Source of the DNA: an uncultured delta proteobacterium
GTDB lineage: Bacteria; Desulfobacterota; Desulfobacteria; Desulfobacterales; SpSt-501
Assembly (NCBI GenBank): GCA_963828345.1
Contig: CAWHEZ010000035.1
Location: 7,540-71,539, forward strand
DNA: 64,000 nt
Reading direction: 5' to 3'
Shown here in pieces: positions 16,892-27,409 of this stretch (the stretch's first letter is position 1; the number at the start of each line of letters is the position of its first letter). The translations under genes and the position numbers were made by a program. Under the pieces are notes generated by a model. The model did no database searches. It was not told the DNA's origin and was given only the letters and a program-made list of their open reading frames with translations.

Positions 16892-18433
16892 TCACAGCGA
16901 CGCCGACGACTCCTCCAGCGGGTTCCGTTTCAGGTACTCGAGCCGGTTCAAGCCGTTGACGTACGCCTTGGCGCTCGCGGTGATGATGTCGGCATCTGCC
17001 CCCTTGCCGAGGGCCAACAGTCCGTTCTCGCTCAGACGCACCGTCACCTCCCCCATGGCATCCGTGCCGCCGGTGAGGGCGCTCACCGAGAAGCGCAGCA
17101 GCTCGGAGGCCGTGCCCGTGAGCTTGGCGATGGTGTTGAAGGCGGCGTCGATCGGCCCGTTGCCGTAGCCGGCATCCTGCGCGGGCCGGCCGTTGATGTT
17201 CAGGCGCACGCTCGCCATGGGCAGGACGGTCGTGCCGGCCGTGACGTGCAGGTAGTCGAGCTTGAAGACGTCCGCGGTCCGCAGGATGCCCTCGGTCACG
17301 ATGGCCTCCAGGTCCTCGTCCACCACGTGTTTCTTCTTGTCCGCCAGTTCCTTGAACTTGGTGAACACCAGATTCAGCTCATCGTCCGAGAGGTCGTAGC
17401 CCAGGTCCTTCAGGTGGGAGCGCAGGGCGTGGCGGCCGGAGTGCTTGCCCAGGACGAGCTTGGTGGCGCTGAGGCCGATCGTCTCCGGTCGCATGATCTC
17501 GTAGGTCATCGGGTTTTTGAGGATCCCGTCCTGGTGGATGCCGGCCTCGTGCGCGAAGGCGTTGGCCCCGACGATCGCCTTGTTCGCCTGCACGAGCATG
17601 CCCGTGACCATGCTGACCAGCCGGCTGGTGGGGTGGATGAACTCGGTGCGAATGGAGGTCTTCGCAGAGAGGTAGTCGCCGCGCGTGTGCAGCGCCATGA
17701 CCACCTCCTCGAGCGAGGTGTTGCCCGCGCGCTCGCCGATGCCGTTGATCGTGACTTCGGCCTGGCGCGCGCCCGCCTGGACGGCCGCGAGCGTGTTGGA
17801 GGTGGCCAGGCCCAGGTCGTTGTGGCAGTGGACGCTCAGCACGGCCTTGCCGATGTTGGGCGTGTGGCTGCGGAGGTAGCGGACCAGCTCGGCAAACTCC
17901 TGGGGGATGGCGTAGCCGACCGTGTCGGGCAGGTTCACCGTGGTCGCGCCCGCTTCGATGGCGGCCTCGAAGATGCGGCAGAGGTAGTCCCGGTCGCTGC
18001 GCGAACCGTCCTCGGCCGAAAACTCCACGTTCGGGGTGAGGGTGCGCGCATAGCGCACTGCCTCCACGGCGGCCCGCACCACCTCGTCGCGGTTCATCTT
18101 GAGTTTGTACTGCAGGTGGATGTCCGAGGTCGCGATGAAGGTGTGGATGCGCGGGCTCGCGGCGTGCTGCACGGCCTTCCAGGCGCGGTCGATGTCGTGG
18201 CGCGTGGCGCGCGCCAGAGCGGCCACCTCGGCCCGCTTCAGGCGGCCGGCGATCTGGCTGACGGCCTCCAGGTCGCCGTCCGAGGCCGCCGGGAACCCCG
18301 CCTCGATCACGTCGACCCCGAGCTTTTCCAGCTGCACCGCCAGCCGCAGTTTCTCCGCCGAGTTCATGCTGGCCCCGGGGCTCTGCTCCCCGTCTCTCAG
18401 GGTGGTGTCGAAGATGATCACGCGTTCGGTCAT
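16892..18433 (-). CDS. leuA: 2-isopropylmalate synthase
   Basis: ORF track entry. MTERVIIFDTTLRDGEQSPGASM..., full length 513 aa. Confidence 0.93.
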   Translation of the reverse strand: MTERVIIFDTTLRDGEQSPGASMNSAEKLRLAVQLEKLGVDVIEAGFPAASDGDLEAVSQIAGRLKRAEVAALARATRHDIDRAWKAVQHAASPRIHTFIATSDIHLQYKLKMNRDEVVRAAVEAVRYARTLTPNVEFSAEDGSRSDRDYLCRIFEAAIEAGATTVNLPDTVGYAIPQEFAELVRYLRSHTPNIGKAVLSVHCHNDLGLATSNTLAAVQAGARQAEVTINGIGERAGNTSLEEVVMALHTRGDYLSAKTSIRTEFIHPTSRLVSMVTGMLVQANKAIVGANAFAHEAGIHQDGILKNPMTYEIMRPETIGLSATKLVLGKHSGRHALRSHLKDLGYDLSDDELNLVFTKFKELADKKKHVVDEDLEAIVTEGILRTADVFKLDYLHVTAGTTVLPMASVRLNINGRPAQDAGYGNGPIDAAFNTIAKLTGTASELLRFSVSALTGGTDAMGEVTVRLSENGLLALGKGADADIITASAKAYVNGLNRLEYLKRNPLEESSASL

Positions 18434-18442
18434 GGTGGACTC

Positions 18443-20053
18443 CTATCGGGTGGTGGGGGATTCGGAATTGGCGCCGGAGACCGGCTCTGCGCCGCGGCTG
18501 AGCTTGTAGTGGAAGCTGTCCGCCAGCGCCTGCCAGCTGGCTTCGATGATGTCCTCGGACACGCCGATCGTGCTCCAGACGTGGTCCGGGTCGCGCGAGT
18601 CGATCAGCACGCGCACGCGCGCGGCGGTGCCGCGGCTGCCGTCGATCACGCGCACCTTGAAATCCGTCAGGCGCATGTCGCCCAGGTCCGGGTAGAAGCG
18701 GCCGAGCGCCTTGCGCAGGGCGTTGTCCAGCGCGCTGACGGGCCCGTAGCCCTCGGCCGCCGTGATTTCACTCCGGCCGTCGACCGCGATTTTGACCGTG
18801 GCGTGCGCCCGGCAGGGCTGATCCTTGTCCTTCTCGATCGTGACACGGAACGACTCGAGTTCGAAGAGCGGCCGGAAGGTCTCGGTCAGCTTCTGGATGA
18901 GCACCTTGAAGGAGCCGTCCGCCGCATCGAACTGGTAGCCGTCCTGCTCCATCTGCTTGATCTCGGAGACGATGCGGCGGCTGTCGGCGTCGGGCAACTC
19001 GATGTCCAGGCCGAGCTCGCGCGCCTTGTACTCCACGTTGCTGCGGCCCGAGAGGTCGGACACGAGCACCCGGCGGTGGTTGCCCACGCGTTCGGGGGCC
19101 ATGTGCTCGTACGCTTCCGGGTGTTTCATGATGGCGCTCACATGCACGCCGCCCTTGTGGGCGAAGGCGCTGCGCCCCACGAACGGCCGGCTGTGCAGCG
19201 GCACCATGTTGGCCGTCTCGCCCACGAAGCGCGAGAGGGACTTGAGCTTTTTCAGGTTCGCCTCGGACATGCAGGCCCGGCCCATCTTGAGCTGCAGGAC
19301 CGGGGCGACCGCCGTGAGGTCGGTGTTGCCGCAACGCTCCCCGTAGCCGTTGACCGTCCCGTGCACCATGACGGCGCCGGCCTGCACCGCGGCGATGGAG
19401 TTGGCCAGCGCCAGGCCGCAGTCGTTGTGAGCGTGGATGCCCAGGCGCACCCCGCTGCCCAGGTGGGCGCGCACGCGGGCCATGACCTCCGGGACGTCGA
19501 AGGGCAGGGTGCCCCCGTTCGTGTCGCACAGGACCACGGTGTCCGCCCCGGCCTGCGCGGCTGCGGCGATGGTCGCCAAGGCGTACCCGGGATCGGCCCG
19601 GAACCCGTCAAAGAAGTGCTCGGCGTCGTAGATGACGTCGCGCCCGTTTTGCCGCAGATGGCCGACCGTGTCCCGGATCATCGCGACGTTTTCGTCGAGT
19701 CGGGTGCCCATGACGGCCGTGACGTGAAAGTCCCAGCTCTTGCCGAAAACGGTCACCAGCGAGGTGCCGCAGTCGAGGAGTGCCCGCAGGTGCGGGTCGT
19801 TTTCGGCCGCCCGTCCCGGCTTGCGGGTGCAGCCGAAGGCGGCCAGGCGGGCGTGGGCGAAGACCGCCTTCCGGGCGAGCTCGAAGAACTGCAGGTCCTT
19901 GGGATTGGACCCCGGCCAGCCCCCTTCGATGAAGTGGATGCCGATGTCGTCCAGGCGCAGGGCGATCTTGAGCTTTTCCTCGGCGCTGAACGAGATGCCC
20001 TCGCCCTGGCTGCCGTCGCGCAGGGTGGTGTCGTAGAGAAGGACAGGGTCCAC
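18443..20053 (-). CDS. cimA: (R)-citramalate synthase
   Basis: ORF track entry. LLYDTTLRDGSQGEGISFSAEEKLKIALRLDDIGIHFIEGGWPGSNPKD, 536 aa, CimA-type LeuA paralogue. Confidence 0.85.
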   Translation of the reverse strand: MDPVLLYDTTLRDGSQGEGISFSAEEKLKIALRLDDIGIHFIEGGWPGSNPKDLQFFELARKAVFAHARLAAFGCTRKPGRAAENDPHLRALLDCGTSLVTVFGKSWDFHVTAVMGTRLDENVAMIRDTVGHLRQNGRDVIYDAEHFFDGFRADPGYALATIAAAAQAGADTVVLCDTNGGTLPFDVPEVMARVRAHLGSGVRLGIHAHNDCGLALANSIAAVQAGAVMVHGTVNGYGERCGNTDLTAVAPVLQLKMGRACMSEANLKKLKSLSRFVGETANMVPLHSRPFVGRSAFAHKGGVHVSAIMKHPEAYEHMAPERVGNHRRVLVSDLSGRSNVEYKARELGLDIELPDADSRRIVSEIKQMEQDGYQFDAADGSFKVLIQKLTETFRPLFELESFRVTIEKDKDQPCRAHATVKIAVDGRSEITAAEGYGPVSALDNALRKALGRFYPDLGDMRLTDFKVRVIDGSRGTAARVRVLIDSRDPDHVWSTIGVSEDIIEASWQALADSFHYKLSRGAEPVSGANSESPTTR

Positions 20054-20122
20054 GGGGCCTCCTGGCTCAGTTGGATGCTGGAATGCGCACGGGAGGATGC
20101 CTCGGCATGCTCGACCGGAATG

Positions 20123-20208
20123 CAGGGCTCGAGGAGCCAGGGTTCAAGGGGCCGAGCGAAGGATCGAGCATCGAGATCTTTACCCTCGAGCCCCGTGGAC
20201 CCTTTCCC
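20123..20208. repeat. Degenerate copy of the GGGTTCA-type hairpin element
   Basis: cagGGCTCGAGGagccaGGGTTCAAGGGGccgag ... taCCCTCGAGCCCcgtgGACCCtttccc, in the ilvC-cimA spacer. Confidence 0.55.
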
Positions 20209-21257
20209 TATTTGCGATTTTCCGGACGCAGCGAGCGCACGGCCGCACCGGCCCGCCACATCTCGGAGTCGTGCATCACGGCCAGCTCCTTATCGAGCTT
20301 CTCGCGGTAGTCGGGGGTGCTGTTGGCCGACAGGACCCGCCGGGTTTCCTCGCCGCTGCGCACGCGCTGGTAGAGTTCCGCGTAGAGCGGGGCGACGGCG
20401 TCGCGGAAGCGCGGGGCCCAGTCCAGCGCGCCGCGCTGGGCCGTGGTGGAGCAGTTGGCGAACATCCAGTCCATGCCCTTGGCGCCGACCAGCCCGATGA
20501 GGCTCTGGGTCAGCTCCTCGACCGTTTCGTTGAAGGCCTCGCTCGGGGTGTGGCCGTGTTTGCGCAACAGGGTGTACTGCGCCTCCATGACGCCGGCCAG
20601 CGCCCCCATGAGGATCCCGCGCTCGCCCGTCAGGTCGCTCACGACCTCGCGTTCGAAGGTGGTCGGGAAGAGGTAGCCGGAGCCGATGGCGATCCCGAGA
20701 GCCAGTGCCCGTTCGCGGGCCTTGCCGGTGTAGTCCTGAAAGACGGCAAAGCTCGCGTTGATGCCGCTGCCGTCCAGGAAATTGGTGCGCACGGTGCGGC
20801 CGGAGCCCTTGGGCGCTACGAGCACGACGTCGATGTTCGCGGGCGGGACGATGCCCGTCTGGTCCTTGTAGACGATGCCGAAGCCGTGCGAGAAGTACAG
20901 GGTGTCACCCGCCTTGAGACAGGCCTTGATCTTGGGCCACATGGCCACCTGGCCCGCGTCGGAGAGCAGGTACTGGACCACGGTCGCCCGCTCGGCGGCC
21001 TCCTCGGGCGAGAAGAGGGTCTCGCCCGGCACGAACCCGTCCGCGACCGCCCGGTCCCAGGACGCGCCGCCCTTGCGCTGACCCACGATCACGCGCAGCC
21101 CGTTGTCGCGCATGTTGAGCGCCTGCCCGGGGCCCTGCACGCCGTAGCCCACGACCGCCACGGTGTCGTTCTGCAGCACCTGCCGCGCCTGCTGCAGGGG
21201 GAATTCGTCTTCCGTCACCACCTCTTCCATCGTTCCGCCGAAATCGAACTGAGCCAT
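20208..21257 (-). CDS. ilvC: Ketol-acid reductoisomerase
   Basis: ORF track entry. VAVVGYGVQGPGQALNMRDNGL..., 349 aa. Confidence 0.93.
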   Translation of the reverse strand: MAQFDFGGTMEEVVTEDEFPLQQARQVLQNDTVAVVGYGVQGPGQALNMRDNGLRVIVGQRKGGASWDRAVADGFVPGETLFSPEEAAERATVVQYLLSDAGQVAMWPKIKACLKAGDTLYFSHGFGIVYKDQTGIVPPANIDVVLVAPKGSGRTVRTNFLDGSGINASFAVFQDYTGKARERALALGIAIGSGYLFPTTFEREVVSDLTGERGILMGALAGVMEAQYTLLRKHGHTPSEAFNETVEELTQSLIGLVGAKGMDWMFANCSTTAQRGALDWAPRFRDAVAPLYAELYQRVRSGEETRRVLSANSTPDYREKLDKELAVMHDSEMWRAGAAVRSLRPENRK

Positions 21258-21318
21258 GATGCGTTTCCTCTCTTTCCGCTGTTGAGTGTTTCGGTTGAAC
21301 CTACCGTACTTCCAATTT

Positions 21319-21419
21319 CCAGGGTTCCAGGGTTCGAGGGTTCGAGGGGTCGAGTGAAGGATGAAGGCCGTCTTTATATTTTCCTTGAACCCTCGACCCC
21401 TTGAACCCTTGAACCCCTG
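21319..21419. repeat. GGGTTCA-type heptamer arrays arranged as a hairpin, with G-quadruplex motifs on both strands
   Basis: The left arm is ccaGGGttccaGGGttcgaGGGttcgaGGGGtcgag. The right arm is ccttgaaCCCtcgaCCCCttgaaCCCttgaaCCCCtg. 21338-21354 pairs with 21392-21408 (17 bp, one mismatch). Confidence 0.8.
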
Positions 21420-21422
21420 CTT

Positions 21423-21911
21423 TCACGTCGGCTCCCGGATCAGGCCGATCGGCCCGGTGCGCGCCAGCTTCTTGATCCCGTAGGGCTGCAGCAGGTTCAG
21501 GACCGTCTGGACCTGTTCCTGCTCGCCGGAAATCTCGACGATGACGTGGGTCTGGCCCGCGTCGGCAATGCGACCGCCGGCGAGATCCACGACCCGCAGG
21601 ACCTCGGAGCGCTGCTCCGGCCGAATCTGCACGCAGGCGAGCGCCATCTCGCGCCGCACACAGCGCGGGCCGTTGAGGCTGCGCAGCTTGATCACGTTCA
21701 CCAGCTTGCGCAGCTGCTTCTCGATCTGCTCGACGACCGGCGGGTTGGCCTGGGTGACGATGGTGATGCGCGAAACCTTCGGGTCGTTGGTCGGGCTGCC
21801 GCAGATGCTTTCGATGTTGAACCCCTTGCCGCTGAACAGGCCCGCCACGCGCGAGGTCACCCCGGGTTCGTTGTCCACCAGCATCGTCATCACGTGCTTT
21901 TCTTCCGTCAT
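21423..21911 (-). CDS. ilvN: Acetolactate synthase small (regulatory) subunit
   Basis: C-terminal 162 codons of ORF 21423..22583 starting MTEEKHVMTMLVDNEPGVTSRVAGLFSGKGFNIESI (ACT domain). ATG at 21911. Confidence 0.9.
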   Translation of the reverse strand: MTEEKHVMTMLVDNEPGVTSRVAGLFSGKGFNIESICGSPTNDPKVSRITIVTQANPPVVEQIEKQLRKLVNVIKLRSLNGPRCVRREMALACVQIRPEQRSEVLRVVDLAGGRIADAGQTHVIVEISGEQEQVQTVLNLLQPYGIKKLARTGPIGLIREPT

Positions 21912-21931
21912 GCGCGCTTCCTCCTCTGAAT

Positions 21932-23617
<1,686 letters not shown>

Positions 23618-23644
23618 GGGTCGTCTCCTCGTCGTGTCACGCGC

Positions 23645-23680
23645 AAAAAAAAACCGTTACCGCCTCGGGGCTGGTAACGG
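23645..23680 (-). terminator. Attenuator terminator in the ilvB leader
   Basis: Minus strand: CCGTTACC-a-GCC ccga GGC GGTAACGG followed by nine T, about 27 nt upstream of the ilvB ATG. Confidence 0.7.
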
Positions 23681-23710
23681 ATTTTATTCTGCTCGGTTTT
23701 TTCGGGTGCG

Positions 23711-23806
23711 TTAGACCGCTACCAACCCCTTCGCATCATCGTCGAGGAGGCCGACGATGATGAGACTAATGAGGACGAGGTTGATAATGGCGGCTTTCGG
23801 GTTCAT
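23711..23806 (-). CDS. Putative ilv leader peptide (31 aa, 15 Ile/Leu/Val)
   Basis: Hand translation: MNPKAAIINLVLISLIIVGLLDDDAKGLVAV. The last codons (GGTAGCGG) can pair with the 5' arm of the terminator. Confidence 0.6.
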   Translation of the reverse strand: MNPKAAIINLVLISLIIVGLLDDDAKGLVAV

Positions 23807-23887
23807 CAGGTTCCAGTGGTTAAACGTTATCTTTAAAATTTCCCTAACAGCCGGACATGGGGAAGTCAAGCGATTTATTGCCTGCGG

Positions 23888-26179
23888 CTACTCCACCTGT
23901 TCCTTGAACCCGCAGTCCGGGTTGAGGCAGGAGTGCAGAGTGCCCTGCCGCTTGGTGACGCGCTCGACCAGGATCTTGGCGCCGCAGGCCGGGCAGTCGC
24001 GCGCGACCGGCTTGTCCCAGGTGGCGAACGTGCAGTCCGGGTAGCGGTTGCAGCCGTAGAAGGTTTTCCCGCGCTTGGAGGTCTTCTCGAGCAGCTCGCC
24101 CGTGCAGCCGTCCTGCGGGCATTTGACGCCGGTGCTCTTGCCGTTGCCGTTCAGCGTCCGCGACTGGGTGTTCCGGCACTCGGGGTAGCCGCTGCAGGCG
24201 AAGAAGTCGCCGAAGGGGCCGCGCTTGAGCACCATGGGCCGGCCGCATTTCTCGCAGCTCTTGTCGGTCGGTTCGTCGGCCAGCGGCTCCACCGGCTGGA
24301 TGTTGCCTTTTTCGTCGCGCGTGTAGTCCCGGGAGTACTTGCACTCCGGGTAGCCGCTGCAGGCGAGGAAGTGACCGTTCTTGCCGATCTTGACGTGCAG
24401 GGTGTGGCTGCACTCCGGACACTTGAGCTCTGTCGCGACGCCGACCCCCTTGATGCTGACCATCCCCTCGGCCGCCCGGTCGAGGTCCTTGCGGAACGGC
24501 GTGTAGAACCGGGTGAGCAGATCGAGCGAGTTGGCCTTTTCGGCTTCCACCTGGTCGAGGTTTTCCTCCATGCGGGCCGTGAACTCGACGTCGAAGATGT
24601 CCGGAAAGCTCATGACGAGCAGGTCGTTCACGATGAACCCGAGCTCGCTCGGCCGGAAGTAGCCCTTGACCCAGTCCACGTAGCCCTTGTCGCGGATGGT
24701 CGACAGGATCGCGGCGTAGGTGCTCGGGCGCCCGATGCCGTTTTCCTCGAGCTCCTTCACGAGCGAGGCCTCCGAGAAGCGCGGAGGGGGCTGCGTGAAG
24801 TGCTGCTTCGGCTCGAGGCGGTGCAGCGTGAGGCGCTGCCCCTCCTTCAGCTCCGGGAGCTGCTCGCGGGCCTTGTCGCCGTTGCCGTCCCCGTCGTCCT
24901 CTTCGGCGCGGTAGAGGGCCATGAACCCCGGGAACTTGACCGACGACCCGCTGGCGGTGAAGACGTAGGGCCCGGCGGCGATCGAGGCGGAGACCTGGTC
25001 GACGAGCGCCTCCTGCATCTGGGAGGCGACGAACCGCTGCCAGACGAGCTGGTAGAGGGCCAGCTGGTCGCGGCTGAGATGGGGCGCCACCAGCTCGGGC
25101 GTGTTCGCAACCGAGGTCGGCCGGATGGCCTCGTGCGCGTCCTGGGCCTGCTTGGAGTTCTTGAACACCCGCGGGCGGTCCAGGGCGTAGTCGCGGCCGA
25201 ACCGCTCGACGATGAGCTCCTGCGCCTCGACCGCGGCGGTCTCCGCGATGCGCGTGGAGTCCGTGCGCATGTAGGTGATCAGCCCGACCGGCTCCCCGGG
25301 CCCCAGGTCGATGCCCTCGTAGAGCTGCTGGGCAAGCATCATCGTCTTCTTGGCGGTGAAGCGCAGTTTGCGGATGGACTCCTGCTGGAGCTTGCTCGTC
25401 GTGAACGGCGGGGCCGGGTTCTTTTTGACGGTGCGTTTCTGCACCTTATCGACCCGGAACGCCTCTCCCTGGAGGACGGAGAGGATGTGCTGCGCGGCCG
25501 TCTCGTCCGGGATGGCGAGCTTGTCCTTGCCCTTCTTGACCAGCTTGGCCGCGAACGGCGGCGGCGAGTCGGCTTCGAGGTGGGCGGTGATCGACCAGTA
25601 CTCCTGCGGCACGAAGATCTGGATGGCGCGCTCGCGTTCGCAGATGATGCGCAGGGCGACGCTCTGCACGCGACCGGCGCTCAACCCGCCCTTGACCTTG
25701 CGCCACAGCAGCGGCGACACCTGGTAGCCCACCAGGCGGTCGAGGATGCGGCGGGCCTGCTGCGCCTCGAATTTGTTGCGGTCCAGCTCCTGGGGCCGGG
25801 TCATGGCCTGCCGGATGGCATCCTTGGTGAGCTCGTGGAACAGGACGCGGTGAAAGCGCCGCCCCTTCTTCTTGAGCACGTCGGCCGTGTGCCAGGCGAT
25901 GGCCTCCCCCTCGCGGTCGGGGTCCGGGGCGAGGTAGACCTCTTCGGCGTCGGCCGCGGCCTGCTTCAGGGCCTGGATCACCTTCTGCTTGCCCGGGATG
26001 ACCGTGTACTTCGGCGCGAAGCCGTCCTCCACGTCGATGCCCATCTCACGTTGGGGCAGGTCCTTGATGTGACCGACCGTGGCCGCCACGTTGTAGTCGT
26101 TGCCGAGGTATTTTTTGATGGTCCGGACCTTGGCCGGAGACTCCACCACCACGAGCGGTTTGGTCATTGCAGGTTTCAT
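23888..26179 (-). CDS. topA: DNA topoisomerase I
   Basis: C-terminal 763 codons of ORF 23888..27319: MKPAMTKPLVVVESPAKVRTIKKYLG..., with several C-terminal Cys4 zinc ribbons. An alternative start is ATG 26167. Confidence 0.92.
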   Translation of the reverse strand: MKPAMTKPLVVVESPAKVRTIKKYLGNDYNVAATVGHIKDLPQREMGIDVEDGFAPKYTVIPGKQKVIQALKQAAADAEEVYLAPDPDREGEAIAWHTADVLKKKGRRFHRVLFHELTKDAIRQAMTRPQELDRNKFEAQQARRILDRLVGYQVSPLLWRKVKGGLSAGRVQSVALRIICERERAIQIFVPQEYWSITAHLEADSPPPFAAKLVKKGKDKLAIPDETAAQHILSVLQGEAFRVDKVQKRTVKKNPAPPFTTSKLQQESIRKLRFTAKKTMMLAQQLYEGIDLGPGEPVGLITYMRTDSTRIAETAAVEAQELIVERFGRDYALDRPRVFKNSKQAQDAHEAIRPTSVANTPELVAPHLSRDQLALYQLVWQRFVASQMQEALVDQVSASIAAGPYVFTASGSSVKFPGFMALYRAEEDDGDGNGDKAREQLPELKEGQRLTLHRLEPKQHFTQPPPRFSEASLVKELEENGIGRPSTYAAILSTIRDKGYVDWVKGYFRPSELGFIVNDLLVMSFPDIFDVEFTARMEENLDQVEAEKANSLDLLTRFYTPFRKDLDRAAEGMVSIKGVGVATELKCPECSHTLHVKIGKNGHFLACSGYPECKYSRDYTRDEKGNIQPVEPLADEPTDKSCEKCGRPMVLKRGPFGDFFACSGYPECRNTQSRTLNGNGKSTGVKCPQDGCTGELLEKTSKRGKTFYGCNRYPDCTFATWDKPVARDCPACGAKILVERVTKRQGTLHSCLNPDCGFKEQVE

Positions 26180-26187
26180 CGCTCCTA

Positions 26188-27319
26188 TCAATCGTGTGCA
26201 TCGGCCTTCCCGTCGGCGGCCGAAAAGAATTTTCCGGGCTGCTGGGTGACGAGGCCTTTTAATTCCAGTTGCAGCAGGATGCCGGACAGGTCCCCGGCAT
26301 CGAGCGACAGGGTGCGCACCAGTTCGTCGATGTGCAAGGGGTAGGGGCCCAGGGCGCCGAGAACGTCGGACTCTTTCGCGGTCAGCGAGGGGTGCGTTTG
26401 CGAGCGGACCGCGCGGGCATCCGGCGGCGCCGCGGCGTACCCGAGCTCGGATAGAATGTCCTGCACGTTTTCGACGAGCTTGGCGCCCTCCTTGATCAGC
26501 GTGTGGGTCCCCGTGCTTTTGAAGGACTGCACGCTTCCGGGCACGGCGAACACCTCGCGGTTCTGCTCGGCCGCCAACCGTGCGGTGATCAGCGAGCCGC
26601 TGTTGCGGGTGGCTTCGACCACCACGGTCCCGAGCGACATCCCGCTGATGATGCGGTTGCGCACCGGGAAGTGGTGCGGTTCGGGGTCGGCGTCGATCGG
26701 GAACTCCGAGACGACGGCTCCCCGCGCGGCGATGCGGTCGAACAGGCGGCGGTGCTGGGGCGGGTAGACCTTCGCGAGGCCGCTGCCCAGCACGGCGACC
26801 GTGCGGCCCCCGCCCGCCAGCGCGCCTTCGTGCGCCGCCGCGTCGATGCCGACCGCCATCCCGCTGACCACCGTGAAGCCGATGGCGGCGAGGTCGGCGC
26901 AGAGTCGGTGGGTCGTGTCTCACCCCGTATGAGGTGGCGTGGCGCGAGCCGACCACCGCGATCGGCCGTTCGAGGCCCTCCAACTCCCCGTGCACATACA
27001 GCATCGGCGGCGGGTCCGGGATCTCCCTGAGCAGCCGGGGGTACGCCGGGTCGCTCAGGGTGACGATCCTGAATCCGTTGCGGCAGGCCCCTTCGATTTC
27101 GGCCCTGCCGGCGTCGGGCGCCCGGTGCGACCGCATGGCGTCCACCGTGCGGCGGTTGATCCCCTCCACGCGTCCGAGCTCGGCCATGGGCGCGCCCAAT
27201 GCGGCCTCGGGGGACCCGAAACGTTCGATCAACCGTTTGAAGAGGTGGTTCCCTACTCCGGGGACGCTCTTCAGCTCGAACCAGGGCAGGAGCTCGTCCA
27301 CGTGGTCGCGCGCGTTCAA
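26188..27319 (-). pseudogene. dprA: DNA-processing protein DprA (Smf), reading frame broken near 26918-26923
   Basis: TTG at 27319 has GGGGAGG upstream. The N-terminus ...IAVVGSRHATSYG is in one frame. The continuation DTTHRLCADLAAIGFTVVSGMAVGIDAAAHEGAL... is in ORF 26188..26871. Confidence 0.8.
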
Positions 27320-27337
27320 TCGGCCTCCCCAAGCAAG

Positions 27338-27365
27338 GCAAAACCCCCTTTCGTGCGAAAGGGGG
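27338..27365 (-). terminator. Rho-independent terminator after secF
   Basis: Minus strand: CCCCCTTTC-gcac-GAAAGGGGG followed by TTTTGCCTT. Confidence 0.6.
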
Positions 27366-27409
27366 TGAGTGTGCGGCGGTTGACCCCGGCCGGGCCGGGT
27401 CCCCGGAGG

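Noticed and set aside
16793-20500. 1235-aa ORF on the plus strand.
   Set aside because: - It runs antisense across leuA and cimA, which are unmistakable on the minus strand.
- Its translation is Arg/Gly/Ala/Val-rich filler typical of shadow frames in GC-rich DNA.
23888-27319. 1143-aa ORF that looks like a DprA-TopA fusion.
   Set aside because: - Only the first 130 or so residues are DprA and only the last 763 are TopA.
- The roughly 250 residues between them are wrong-frame filler produced by the dprA frame break.
- topA has its own start just after the true dprA stop at 26188.
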